Assembly: GCA_963726255.1 (NCBI GenBank)
Contig: CAVSBL010000002.1
Coordinates: 2,272,001 to 2,336,000, forward strand
Origin: Candidatus Bathyarchaeota archaeon
Lineage (GTDB): Archaea; Thermoproteota; Bathyarchaeia; 40CM-2-53-6
Reading direction: 5' to 3'
Length of the DNA stretch: 64,000 nucleotides
Positions 29,046 through 38,824 of this stretch are shown piece by piece (within the stretch, counting starts at the first letter, position 1; each line of letters starts with the position of its first letter). A program made the position numbers and the translations under genes. Below the pieces are notes generated by a model. The model did not search any database and was not told the DNA's origin. It was given only the letters and a program-made list of their open reading frames with translations.

Positions 29046-29274
29046 TGCTGCCCAACTTTCGAGGCAGATGTGGCTTTCCCTTCGCGAGGGACTTTCGACC
29101 TTTCCCTCATCCAACGCCTTGGTTTTCCCTCACTCGGGCATCACGGAGTTTCTGCGGTTTCCCGCTAGCGTCGTAGCGCTACGCCCGAGCGCTCATCGAT
29201 CCACATAACGACCCAAGGCAAACCCTGGGACGGAAGCCGACCGACGAATCTACCCCTGTCTCGGTTGAGCAGCA
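29046..29274 (-). ncRNA. Putative structured non-coding RNA (~230 nt), family not recognised
   Basis: 11-bp terminal helix plus at least 7 nested helices, most mismatches being G-U on the minus strand; GAAA tetraloop; no ORF. Confidence 0.7.
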
Positions 29275-29701
29275 GACTATGATTGTCGTTGCAGAGATAT
29301 GGGGATTGTGGTTGAGCCCCAAACATCAGGTGTGATTTCCAGTGGAATGGAACATAGCTGGGTCCACCGACTCGCTACCTTCAAAAAACCAAAGCATGAC
29401 GACTCAATCAGGATGAATCAACCTATGTCTAGTTCAAACCCTCACCATTGCACGAAAAGTTCTCTCACGATGGAATTCTCATGAGCAAGGTTGCAATGGC
29501 TAGGCTTCAAGAGGTCTTACCTCATTGACGTTGGAAAAGTCTCCTGCAAGAAATGCGGACGAATATTTTCTATCGAAGAACACACTGTTCAGAAAGCCTT
29601 GGCGAAAAGAGCAGCTGAGTTCAAAGAAGACCTTCAGGAAATCGCGTTTGAGCGCAAAGGCTAGGGTCCGACGGGTATTTGCGGGCTGGCTCTTGGACGG
29701 G

Positions 29702-30724
29702 CTAGACGGATTCCATTAGGCTCGCGACTTTTTCTTCATCAAACACTTGATCTGAAATCTTACGTAACTTCATGGCGAGAGTCGCATCTCGGCCGTTTCC
29801 CAAAGCCCATTTCATATCTGAAGCTACAAACCCACTGTCCCTGAACATTCCTCTCGCGGCAAGTACGAATGGGCATGAGGTTAGGGGGTGGCCTTCTTCA
29901 AGGAGTAGTTTGAGGACGGGGCTGTAACGATAATTCTTGAACCGGAATCTGGCTTCTGAACGTGACAGGTCGATATTGATCTTGTCCGACAACCCTTGGT
30001 TTACATAGAATTCCGCTAGTTTGTTTAGGGATTCTTTGTGTCCTTCGGGAAGTTTCGTGTGGAATTCGTCTCGTAGAAATTCGATGATTCCGTGGCCGAT
30101 GTTATCGAGGAGGAGTTGGGCTTGTGCTCCTAGGTATTCGAAGCCACACGCTAATCCATACTCAACAGTCTCGAACGCAGGTAACCCCACTTTGGTATTC
30201 GAGTAGCCTGTTGGTGGGACTGTGCTAAGGTCTGCGTGCTCCGGTGCAGTGAGAACTGAGTCGGCAGGCGGTACATTCCTGAATCTGAGGCTGTATGTTC
30301 CATCTGGGGACAATCCTTCGGACAGAACTTGTGATCCACGGTGTTCTTCTCTCTCGATTGCTCCCCGTGCGAGGCATAGGGGGCAGGTTAAAAGGAAGCA
30401 ATTCTGGTTCCGGAGTTTCTTCATTAGGCCTATGAATCTCCAACCGTGCATCTTAACGAGGAAAGCCTCTCCGTCAGGTGAGAACTCGACTCCGCTCACG
30501 TAGCCAGTGTCCTTGAAGAAGCGGATAAGTTCGGAAATGGATTGGTATGGGTCTTGTGAGAGCTGTAGGTAATTCAGTTTCACTCCGTAGTCAATGATTC
30601 CAGTCCCGATTCTGTCGAGCATCTCTTGGCCGCGTTCGTGCCCAAGATAGTCGAAGGCTCTTGCTGCTCCGTAAATAACAGAATCCAACACGGCGAGCTG
30701 AATTGATTCCGTTTTTTCCGCCAT
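29702..30724 (-). CDS. Tandem-duplicated V4R/H-NOX-like domain protein
   Basis: Internal repeat VIYGAARAFDYLG...LDRIGTGIIDY versus VEYGLACGFEYLG...LDNIGHGIIEF; CPL and CPF motifs. Confidence 0.6.
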   Translation of the reverse strand: MAEKTESIQLAVLDSVIYGAARAFDYLGHERGQEMLDRIGTGIIDYGVKLNYLQLSQDPYQSISELIRFFKDTGYVSGVEFSPDGEAFLVKMHGWRFIGLMKKLRNQNCFLLTCPLCLARGAIEREEHRGSQVLSEGLSPDGTYSLRFRNVPPADSVLTAPEHADLSTVPPTGYSNTKVGLPAFETVEYGLACGFEYLGAQAQLLLDNIGHGIIEFLRDEFHTKLPEGHKESLNKLAEFYVNQGLSDKINIDLSRSEARFRFKNYRYSPVLKLLLEEGHPLTSCPFVLAARGMFRDSGFVASDMKWALGNGRDATLAMKLRKISDQVFDEEKVASLMESV

Positions 30725-31290
30725 TATATTTTCACAACTTTGTCGCAGAAGGGTGCGAGTTGTGATACTACGTCCCGTTCCGCATTCATCTCAACGGTGA
30801 GAAGTGAGCCTGAAGTGTTCCACCTGCGCATCTTCTCCGTCAATAGGTGAGCAAATTTGGCGACGGATTTTGGGTCATTGTATATGAGAAGGGTTGAGAG
30901 GCTGTCCAAGACTAGGAACTTCTCTCCAGTAATCCCGTTAATGGCCTTGGAGATGCCAATGCAGAGGTTACTTAGGTCTACACCCGACCCCAAACAAGCG
31001 TGATCGTTCTCTTCCTGAATTGATGGGACGTTCGTAATCCCGTCTACAAAGAATAATGAGCTGGATGGGATTCCAGCCTTCTCGAACGACTTGGTCAGAA
31101 CGGCGAACGGTTTGTTTAGGCTGACGTAGACCCCCCGGGAAACCTTAGCTGTGAAGTAGCGTAGGAGCTGAAGAACCGCGTCCTGATACTTGATTGGGTC
31201 GATTAGCGCGAGTATTACCGGTCGCTCTAACCCGTCCAAGCTCTCGCCAATACTGACCGAAAGATCAACGGTCAACGGGAAATCTGACAA
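30724..31290 (-). CDS. Inactive RecA/KaiC-like domain protein (DUF7504/DUF835-like)
   Basis: VYVSLNKP, FFVD, LVLDSLSTLLIYN, FCDKVV; no Walker A. Confidence 0.75.
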   Translation of the reverse strand: MSDFPLTVDLSVSIGESLDGLERPVILALIDPIKYQDAVLQLLRYFTAKVSRGVYVSLNKPFAVLTKSFEKAGIPSSSLFFVDGITNVPSIQEENDHACLGSGVDLSNLCIGISKAINGITGEKFLVLDSLSTLLIYNDPKSVAKFAHLLTEKMRRWNTSGSLLTVEMNAERDVVSQLAPFCDKVVKI

Positions 31291-31404
31291 TCATGATTTG
31301 CACGGACATAAAACCTTTCGATAACTAGCTAGAGCAGCTGTCGTGTGAATCTTAATAGTTGACCTTGCAGTTAGCGGATTGAGTATTCTGTGGATTGACG
31401 ATCA

Positions 31405-31875
31405 ATGGCTGAAGATAAGATTGGCCAGGTAATGAGTAAACCCGTCCGAACAGTCAAGCCCGACGAAAAGCTCAGTGCCGCGATGGTAATCATGGAGAAG
31501 AACAACGTCGGCAGCGTCGTTGTCGTTGAAGGCGAGAACCCTATTGGAATCATAACCGAACGCGACGTTATTCGGCAAATCCTGAAAGGAACTCAAATGA
31601 TTCAGGGAGCAGTAACACAAGTGATGTCAAAGCCTTTGATCACAGGGGGACCTGATATGCTTGTTCAGGACGCCGTGGACCTGATGCTTGAGAACAAGAT
31701 TCGTCAACTTCCCGTGGTTGAAGGAAACAAATTGGTTGGCATAGTTACGGACGGAGACTTGATGCGGTCGGTTCTCCGCGTTTCATACGAGAAGCTGAGC
31801 AAACTTAAGCTTCGGGAATTGGAAATTGAAGCGGCAAGGATAGCAGCCCAGATAGTTACATTGCTAAATCTCTAA
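31405..31875 (+). CDS. CBS domain pair protein
   Basis: VMSKPV, IGIITERD, LPVVE...VGIVTDGD. Confidence 0.93.
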   Translation: MAEDKIGQVMSKPVRTVKPDEKLSAAMVIMEKNNVGSVVVVEGENPIGIITERDVIRQILKGTQMIQGAVTQVMSKPLITGGPDMLVQDAVDLMLENKIRQLPVVEGNKLVGIVTDGDLMRSVLRVSYEKLSKLKLRELEIEAARIAAQIVTLLNL

Positions 31876-31892
31876 CACTCATATTCGGAGTG

Positions 31893-33263
31893 TTATCGCC
31901 GCCGCGACAGCACGACGGCGGATACAACCGCAACAGCGGCCACTAATCCAGCAATTAGTATGAGCCCAACACCCGAATGAGGGCCGGGTGAGGATACAGT
32001 GTTCTCGGTCGGCTGCGTTGTCGTTACAGTTGTAGAGGCAGCAGGGCGGATTCCCGTAATCTGAGCGTAGAGTAGCCCCGTGGAGGTGAATTGGTCGGTT
32101 AGCATGCTCTGGGACGCAACCTTAACGAGCGATGCTTCAAGGTCTTGGTAGGATAAGGCCGCAGTGTCCGAACCGTAATCGACGTACCCAAAGAATTGCA
32201 ATGTCCAGAAGGGTGAAACGTAATCGATTCCCTCAACCTTCGCAGAGTTAACAATTGCCGCTAGGAACTCCTGATCCAGAGGCGCCCAGAAGCTGAACAC
32301 GTCGTTCCGGAACACGTCGATATTTGTAGCCAAGCTTTGGCTCACCAGCGTTCCAGCCTTGTACAACCAAGCCTCATCCATGATGACCCGCTTCCCATGT
32401 TGCTTCGCGATGTCGGAGAATGCGAGGATACGTTGTAGGGTCGGGCCAACGACTGGATAGACGTGTAAGGCTATGAAGTCTAGGCTGGTATTGGCCGCAA
32501 GGCTCTGCACATACCCATCGTTAACCCATGTTCCACTTCCCGCCCCCACTTTCGTGCTCCCCCTGTTCAGGCCATTGAGAATGTAGTTCACGTACGCCGT
32601 GTACGAGTCGGGAGAGTTGAATTCGGTGAAACCCGTCAGCCTGTATTGCGTGTCCGGCTCGGCGCCCAAATCCAAGTAGTCAGGTTGCAGGTCCTGAATG
32701 AGTGCCACAATCATCTGCTTCCTCTGCAACTCGAAATCCTGGAACGTTAGCTTCGAGTAATCGAACGCTATCGGAGAGAAGGGGGTATTTGCGAATAGCA
32801 CGGACGACTCAATCTCAACCACCATACCCCTTTTCCTAACTTCCTGCACGACTTGTTTGTAGAATTGCACGTAAGCTTGGTAGTTCGGAAAGTTGGGTGT
32901 GTATAGTGGTTAGCCTACTGGGAAGGTGACGCCGCCAACGCTCAACTCCTTCAACCGATCCAGATACAGGGTTACAGCCTGCATCGTGTTCGGCGAAAGC
33001 AACGCGTCTCCCCGATTCGCGTTTGCGGGTAGCAACTCTGCACCGAAAATCGGCGAACCCGTCCCAGGCCCCATTGCGGCTAAGGTGGTGTTGAAACTGT
33101 CCAAACTCGATTTGAGGGTAGAATAGAGTTCCTGGTATTCGGGCGGAACCTGAGCCTGACCTACCCCCGAGAACGCAGAGGCACTTGGAATTAGTAGGAG
33201 GCTGAACAGAAAGAGGCTGCTGGCCAGATAGGTTTTCGCGGAAACTCGACCCCGGCCCATCAA
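31893..33263 (-). pseudogene. Secreted, C-terminally anchored glycoside-hydrolase-like protein interrupted by one in-frame TAA
   Basis: Track ORFs 32910-33263 and 31893-32870 share a frame: VTFPVG*PLYTPNFPNYQAYVQFYK; signal peptide, GAEP, LHVYP, MDEAW, Thr linker, TM plus RRR tail. Confidence 0.7.
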
Positions 33264-33307
33264 CCGGCCAGTTTCAATATTAGGGGGTTGTGAACGAATC
33301 GTTCAAG

Positions 33308-33673
33308 TTACGCAAGTTCGATTGCTATGAGCTTGGATAGGGAGAACCAGTCTTCGATAACCTCCTTCGCAGCCTTTCCATAGTACTTCTCGTAGAGCGC
33401 AACCTTGCACCGCCAAGCCTCGTCCGTGGCTTCCTCAATGTAGTAGGCTTTTCCCGTGAAGTTCTTTCCACCTATTTCGAATGAGACTGCGCTGTTCTGC
33501 TTGAGGTTCTTCATCCAGTCCGTCTCGCTCCCCTCGTGGCTAAGGTACACCTTACCCTCCCCAAGCGCAAACCACAACTCTACCGTGTGCGGCCGCCCCG
33601 TCTTCCGCCCCTTCGTCGTAAGATGAATGAACTTCTGGGACCTAACCTTCGCCAAATCGTCCTTGCTGGCCAT
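33308..33673 (-). CDS. Deazaflavin (F420)-dependent nitroreductase-family oxidoreductase
   Basis: LTTKGRKTGRPH, DWMKNL. Confidence 0.82.
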   Translation of the reverse strand: MASKDDLAKVRSQKFIHLTTKGRKTGRPHTVELWFALGEGKVYLSHEGSETDWMKNLKQNSAVSFEIGGKNFTGKAYYIEEATDEAWRCKVALYEKYYGKAAKEVIEDWFSLSKLIAIELA

Positions 33674-33769
33674 GAGGTCTCATCTGGGGGCGTCTCTATG
33701 GCGGATCGTACTAATTATGATTGGAAACCGACGGTATGAGGAGGGTTGCGTCAGCTAAGGCTGAGGGCG

Positions 33770-34297
33770 TTAGTCGGTTTGTGGGAAGTCGCCTTGAAAG
33801 ATTTCCTCTAGTGCCCTTCTAGGTGAAGGTTCAGGTTGCTCGGCCGCATAGCCTAACGAGAACATTGCCACGGGACGAACAGACTTGACGCCTAGAACCT
33901 GCTGCACTTTCCCTTCGTCAAAGTCTCCGACCCAGACGGTTGCCAAGCCAACGTCGACCGCCGCAAGCACAGCGAAGGCTCCAGCGATCGTCGCATCCTG
34001 AATGCTGTAGAGCTCCTTACCCCTCTTCCCGTATTTCGCAGCCGAACGTTCGGGGTCAGCGCAGAAGACCAAGCAGACGGGAGCCTGCGCGATGAACCCT
34101 TGATCATGCGCCGCCTTCGCAAGAGCATCCCTCTTAGCCTGATCACGAACCACAAAGACTTTGTACGCTTGCAGGTTCCCGGCTGAAGGCGCCATGTTGA
34201 CGACTTGGAAGATGTGCTGCAGTTTGCTTTCCTCAACGGGTTGAGGCTTGTAGGTGCGCACTGAACGCCTCTGGGTTAGAACTTCAACGAACTCCAT
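33770..34297 (-). CDS. Nitroreductase family protein
   Basis: RRSVRTY, APSAGNLQ, GLATVWVG. Confidence 0.93.
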   Translation of the reverse strand: MEFVEVLTQRRSVRTYKPQPVEESKLQHIFQVVNMAPSAGNLQAYKVFVVRDQAKRDALAKAAHDQGFIAQAPVCLVFCADPERSAAKYGKRGKELYSIQDATIAGAFAVLAAVDVGLATVWVGDFDEGKVQQVLGVKSVRPVAMFSLGYAAEQPEPSPRRALEEIFQGDFPQTD

Positions 34298-34413
34298 TAG
34301 GAATCATTCTGAGGTTGAAGACGGGCCGATTAAAGGGGAATTCTTGGCACCCAGAATTGCAATCCAGCGAGCCCAGAATTTACCACCAAACCCGTAACCC
34401 CACACGATTTCCC

Positions 34414-35460
34414 ATGCCGATTCATTTCGAGTCGGTTAGCAGAGAAGCACAACTTCTCAGCCCCCTCCAGAACTTTGAACGGGTCAGCCAAACCATCGAG
34501 CACAGGGGGGACCCGCTTACCGGCCGACGCGTGATTGTGCTCCGAGGACGGTTGGACTATGTTAAGCGGTTCATAGAGTCGGATGAGAGCGCCATTGACG
34601 GCTTGGCGGATTCAACGCAACAGGACTGCCCCTTCTGCCCCGCATCTGTGGAACAGAAGGCGCCAAAATTCATTCCTGAAATCTCACCCGAAGGCCGGAT
34701 ACGGGTGGGTGATGCGATCTGCTTCCCAAGCCTCTTCGCCCACGAGGACTTCAACGCGGTCGTCGTCCCAACACGTTCACACCGTGTCCCGTTAAATCAA
34801 ATGCAGCCCTCCATGTTCGTTGATGCATTCAAGGCGTGCATTGAGTATTTTCGCCGACTGTACGCCTATCAGCCCGCGGTGAAGTACAATGCGATTGCTG
34901 TGAACTTCTACCCACCTGCTGGCTCAACTGTCGCCCATCCACATGTGCAGGCTCTCGCGAGCGACCTGCCCCTTCCCGGGACCGAGCAGCTTCTGGACGC
35001 GAGTCTAGAATACTTCCTGAAACATGGTTCCTCGTATTGGGCCGAGCTGGTTGAGGAGGAAAGGCGCCTCCGGGAAAGGTACCTTGGGACGATGGGTGGG
35101 GTGTGTTGGTTGACGCCGTTTGCGCCTTTCGGTTTGAATGAGGCCCAGGCCATCGTGCCCCGCGTTCCAAACTTAAGCTCGATTTCCGACGAAGACCTTC
35201 AAGGCCTCGCCGAGGGCCTCGCTAAAGTTCTGAGGTACTACCACGACACCGGCGTGAGAAGCTTCAACATGGCGCTGTATTCGGGGCCGTTTGGTGAAGC
35301 CCTCGATTACTTCGACGTTGGGCTTCGAGTTGTCTCCCGCTATGGGTACAAGCCTAAGTTTGTGAGCGACGTTTGGGCGCTCCAGTACCTGCTCGGTGGC
35401 CAAGAGGCCTATGAGGCGCCGGAAGAAACTTGCAGCAAGCTCAGAAAATACTTCGAATAG
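34414..35460 (+). CDS. galT: Galactose-1-phosphate uridylyltransferase-like (HIT fold)
   Basis: DPLTG, CPFC, AGSTVAHPHVQ. Confidence 0.8.
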   Translation: MPIHFESVSREAQLLSPLQNFERVSQTIEHRGDPLTGRRVIVLRGRLDYVKRFIESDESAIDGLADSTQQDCPFCPASVEQKAPKFIPEISPEGRIRVGDAICFPSLFAHEDFNAVVVPTRSHRVPLNQMQPSMFVDAFKACIEYFRRLYAYQPAVKYNAIAVNFYPPAGSTVAHPHVQALASDLPLPGTEQLLDASLEYFLKHGSSYWAELVEEERRLRERYLGTMGGVCWLTPFAPFGLNEAQAIVPRVPNLSSISDEDLQGLAEGLAKVLRYYHDTGVRSFNMALYSGPFGEALDYFDVGLRVVSRYGYKPKFVSDVWALQYLLGGQEAYEAPEETCSKLRKYFE

Positions 35461-35476
35461 CTGAGGTTGGCTAGGC

Positions 35477-36781
35477 GTGAAGCTCATTTCCGCTGAAGAA
35501 GCGGCTAGGGTGGTCAAGTCTGGCGATAGGGTTGTTCTGAGCAACCTTTGCTCTGAACCGAGGCTTCTGCCCAGCCTTATCTTGGAACGGGCTCGGGAGC
35601 TGCGTGCGGTTAGGTTCTTTCATTGCAGGCCGATGGGCCGGTTTGTTGAACGTTACTTGGAGCCTGGGATGGAGGAGCATGTGAGGTGTGCGACCGCGTT
35701 TGCTGGCGGTGTACGCGCCATTATCGAGCTGATGAAGGAGGGGAGGGCGGATTTCTACCCGATTCCGCTGAGCAGGCTGCCCTGGCTCTTCAGGTCGGGC
35801 CTTTACAAGCCTGACGTATTCATCGCGACAGTGTCTCGACCCGACGAGCGCGGTTACTGCAGCCTGGGAATTTCGGTGGATTATGGGCGTGCGGCGTTGG
35901 AGACCGCTGGGGTTATGATTGCTGAGGTGAACGAGAATATGCCGCGAACCTGCGGGGACTCAGAGGTGCACGTTTCCAAGATAGATTACATGGTGGAAGC
36001 CTCGGCTCCGATCTACGAGCTGCCCTCAGCAAATGTTTCCGAGGTGGGGCGCCGTATCGGGGAGAATGTTGCTGAGCTGGTTGAGGACGGTTCGACGATT
36101 CAAATAGGGTTCGGGGCGACGGCGGAATCGATTCCTCCCTTCCTGAAAGAGAAGAAGGACCTGGGGATGCATAGCGAGATGTTGCCTGAGAGTGCGATGA
36201 AGCTGGTTGAAGAAGGCGCCTTGAATGGGAAGGAGAAGAGCGTTGACAGGGGGAAGGTTGTGTGCGCGTTCAGCGCGGGAACACGGAAACTCTACGAGTG
36301 GTTGGACAACAATCCCAGAATCGAGATGCGGCCTTTCGATTACACGAACGACAGCAGAATCATTGCCCAGAGTCATAAGATGACGGCGATAAACACGGCG
36401 TTGCAGGTCGACTTGTACGGCAACGTCTACTCGGATATGCTAGGGTTTGATGAATACTCAGGCGCGGGAGGCCAACCGGACTTCATCCTAGGCGCGATGT
36501 TGAATCCTGAGGGAAAATCCATCATAGCCCTACCATCCACAACCTCCAACAACAAAACCTCTAGGATAGTTTCCTTCCCAAACCTAGCGCGCAACCCCAG
36601 ATCCCCTGCGATGCCGACTGTCTCAAGGTTCTACGCGGATTACGTGGCCACCGAGTGGGGAATTGCCTCGCTCAGAGGCAAGACAAGAGGGGGAAGGGCG
36701 AAAGCTCTAATCGATGTAGCCCACCCGAACTTCAAGGACGAACTTTGGAAAGAAGCACGAGAAATGAAGTTCACAACGTAA
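35477..36781 (+). CDS. Acetyl-CoA hydrolase / 4-hydroxybutyrate CoA-transferase family
   Basis: SLGISVDY, EVNENMP, LGMHSEM, SGAGGQPDF, ATEWG. Confidence 0.92.
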   Translation: MKLISAEEAARVVKSGDRVVLSNLCSEPRLLPSLILERARELRAVRFFHCRPMGRFVERYLEPGMEEHVRCATAFAGGVRAIIELMKEGRADFYPIPLSRLPWLFRSGLYKPDVFIATVSRPDERGYCSLGISVDYGRAALETAGVMIAEVNENMPRTCGDSEVHVSKIDYMVEASAPIYELPSANVSEVGRRIGENVAELVEDGSTIQIGFGATAESIPPFLKEKKDLGMHSEMLPESAMKLVEEGALNGKEKSVDRGKVVCAFSAGTRKLYEWLDNNPRIEMRPFDYTNDSRIIAQSHKMTAINTALQVDLYGNVYSDMLGFDEYSGAGGQPDFILGAMLNPEGKSIIALPSTTSNNKTSRIVSFPNLARNPRSPAMPTVSRFYADYVATEWGIASLRGKTRGGRAKALIDVAHPNFKDELWKEAREMKFTT

Positions 36782-36890
36782 GAGCGATTCTAATCTAGGA
36801 GAGAGACTGAGGAGTCTCCGTCGGTACTAGCAGGGTGGGGAATGTAAAATAGTCATTAATCTTTAGTCGAAAGTGGAAGAGTGTTCGCTC

Positions 36891-37841
36891 ATGAATTTGG
36901 TGATTGGTTCGACGGGTTCGATTGGAAGCGCAGTAGTCGATCAGTTGTCATCCCAAGGGCGGCCGGTCAGAGCGCTTGTTAGGGATCCTGGTAAAGCTAA
37001 GAGAATTTTCACACATCCAGAGAAAGTTGAGTTAGTCGAAGGGTCGGCGGAGAACCCTGAGGCCTTGAAAAAGGCGTTTGATGGCGCGAAGCTTGTGTTC
37101 AATTGCCTGAACCTTCCCTACCCAGAATGGAGTAAGCTCCCAGAAATACACAAGCGGATCGTTGAGGCTGCAAAGCAGGCGTCGGCGAAAATGGTCTTCC
37201 CAGGAAATGTGTACATCTATGGCCACGCCCAATCGGACCGCGTGAACGAAGCCCATCCGAGAAATCCCTGTTCGAGGAAGGGTGTACTCCGCGTTCAGTT
37301 GGAGGATATGTTCATGGAATCGTCGCGAAGGAACGAAGTTCCCACAGCCATTGTACGTTTTCCCGATTTCTATGGACCGAACGCAAGTGGGGCAAGCTCC
37401 CTAACAGGGAACATCTTCAAAGCAGCGCTTGACGGTGGAACCGCACAATGGTACGGCGACTTAGACGTCTTGCATGAGTTCATCTTCATTGAGGATGCGG
37501 GGAAGGCGATGGTTATGGCTTCGGAACGGGCGGATGCCTACGGACAAGATTTCAACGTTCCCGGCCCCGAACCCATCTTGGCCAAGGATTGGATAAGCTT
37601 GGTTTTCAAAGAAGCGGGTACAGCGCCAAAGATGAAGGGAACCAGTAGGGTGAGCATGCGATTCTATGGAATGTTCAACAAAATGGCGAAGGAATTCGCT
37701 GAGATGCAATACCTGACCCAAGAACCATTGATCCTGGATGGAACGAAATTCATGAAATTCTTCGGCACAAAATGCCCAACACGAAACTATTCTGAGGCGA
37801 TACGTGAAACGCTCGCGTGGATGAAAACGCAACATGGCTAA
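36891..37841 (+). CDS. NAD(P)-dependent epimerase/NmrA-like oxidoreductase
   Basis: GSTGSIG, PGNVYIYG, RFPDFYGP. Confidence 0.88.
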   Translation: MNLVIGSTGSIGSAVVDQLSSQGRPVRALVRDPGKAKRIFTHPEKVELVEGSAENPEALKKAFDGAKLVFNCLNLPYPEWSKLPEIHKRIVEAAKQASAKMVFPGNVYIYGHAQSDRVNEAHPRNPCSRKGVLRVQLEDMFMESSRRNEVPTAIVRFPDFYGPNASGASSLTGNIFKAALDGGTAQWYGDLDVLHEFIFIEDAGKAMVMASERADAYGQDFNVPGPEPILAKDWISLVFKEAGTAPKMKGTSRVSMRFYGMFNKMAKEFAEMQYLTQEPLILDGTKFMKFFGTKCPTRNYSEAIRETLAWMKTQHG

Positions 37842-38811
37842 CATCTTGGTTACGTTCCGGGCTGAGAACGAGCAAAGGGAAATTCTCACGAAAGCCTTGG
37901 ACGCAGTTACACGCATTGCCTTCCTATCTGACTTAACCGGCAAGGAGCGCGCAAGGGAACTTGCCAGCGCCGACATACTGATTTCATGGAGCCCCAGGCG
38001 GGAACTGCAGCCTGAGGAATTCCGGCTAATCGCTCATGCGAAGATGATGCAATTACTCTCCGCTGGCGTAGACAGCATACCCTTCTCCCAGCTCCCGCCA
38101 GGCCTTATGATCGCAAGTAATGCTGGGGCCTACGCGGAGCCTATGGCGGAACATGTACTCGCAATGATCTTGGCTGTATGGAAGAACCTTGTTGACCGGC
38201 ACGTGAAACTTAGGGCCGGCAACTTTGACCAAGAGAACGAGAACCGCATGCTACGAGGTTCCACGTGTGCAATCCTGGGTTTCGGTGGGATAGGGAAAGC
38301 AACCGCACGCCTCCTGCGCTGCTTCGGAGTCAAGATAATGGCGGTGAACACGACCGGCCGAACCGATGAGCCAGTCGACTTCATCGGGACCCTGAAGGAT
38401 CTAGAGCATGTACTACGCCAAGCCGATATCATCATAATCACGCTTCCGCTAACCAATTCGACTCGAAAGCTAATCGGAAGAGAACAGTTGGGATGGTTGA
38501 AGAATGATTCGATGCTTGTCAACGTGGCCCGCGCGGACATTATCGACGAGGGTGCACTATACGAGAAGCTGAAGGGGAACCCTCAGTTTTCGGCCGCGAT
38601 TGATGCTTGGTGGATTGAACCTTTTCGCCACGGGAAATTCGCCACAGATTACCCCTTTCTGGAGCTTCCGAATGTTCTCGGTTCGCCGCACAATTCAGGC
38701 GTAGTTCCCGGTTCCTTCCTGCGGGGCACGAAGTACGCAGCCGAGAACGTGAAAGGGTTCCTGAACAACGAACCCGTGTTGGGCGTTGTTAAGAGAACTG
38801 ACTATTCGTGA
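37834..38811 (+). CDS. D-2-hydroxyacid dehydrogenase
   Basis: MAEH, GFGGIG, NVARA, SPHNS. Confidence 0.9.
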   Translation: MANILVTFRAENEQREILTKALDAVTRIAFLSDLTGKERARELASADILISWSPRRELQPEEFRLIAHAKMMQLLSAGVDSIPFSQLPPGLMIASNAGAYAEPMAEHVLAMILAVWKNLVDRHVKLRAGNFDQENENRMLRGSTCAILGFGGIGKATARLLRCFGVKIMAVNTTGRTDEPVDFIGTLKDLEHVLRQADIIIITLPLTNSTRKLIGREQLGWLKNDSMLVNVARADIIDEGALYEKLKGNPQFSAAIDAWWIEPFRHGKFATDYPFLELPNVLGSPHNSGVVPGSFLRGTKYAAENVKGFLNNEPVLGVVKRTDYS

Positions 38812-38824
38812 GAGCGGCTAACCT

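Noticed and set aside
29195-29210. CGATCCACATAA on the plus strand, recalling a segment of the raiA motif RNA
   Set aside because: Only a short match recalled from memory, and the G-U pairing pattern favours the opposite strand.
29046-29274. RNase P RNA or SRP RNA identity for the structured element
   Set aside because: GAAAGTCC and CAGAAAC occur, but not in RNase P order, and there is no P4 partner near the 3' end. The SRP helix 8 signature (CAGG..GGAA..AGCA) is absent.
29482-29484. Selenocysteine readthrough at TGA
   Set aside because: The context is not a redox Cys motif, and no SECIS or sel genes are evident.
32910-32912. Pyrrolysine or other recoding
   Set aside because: The codon is TAA, not TAG or TGA; a point mutation or sequencing error is simpler.
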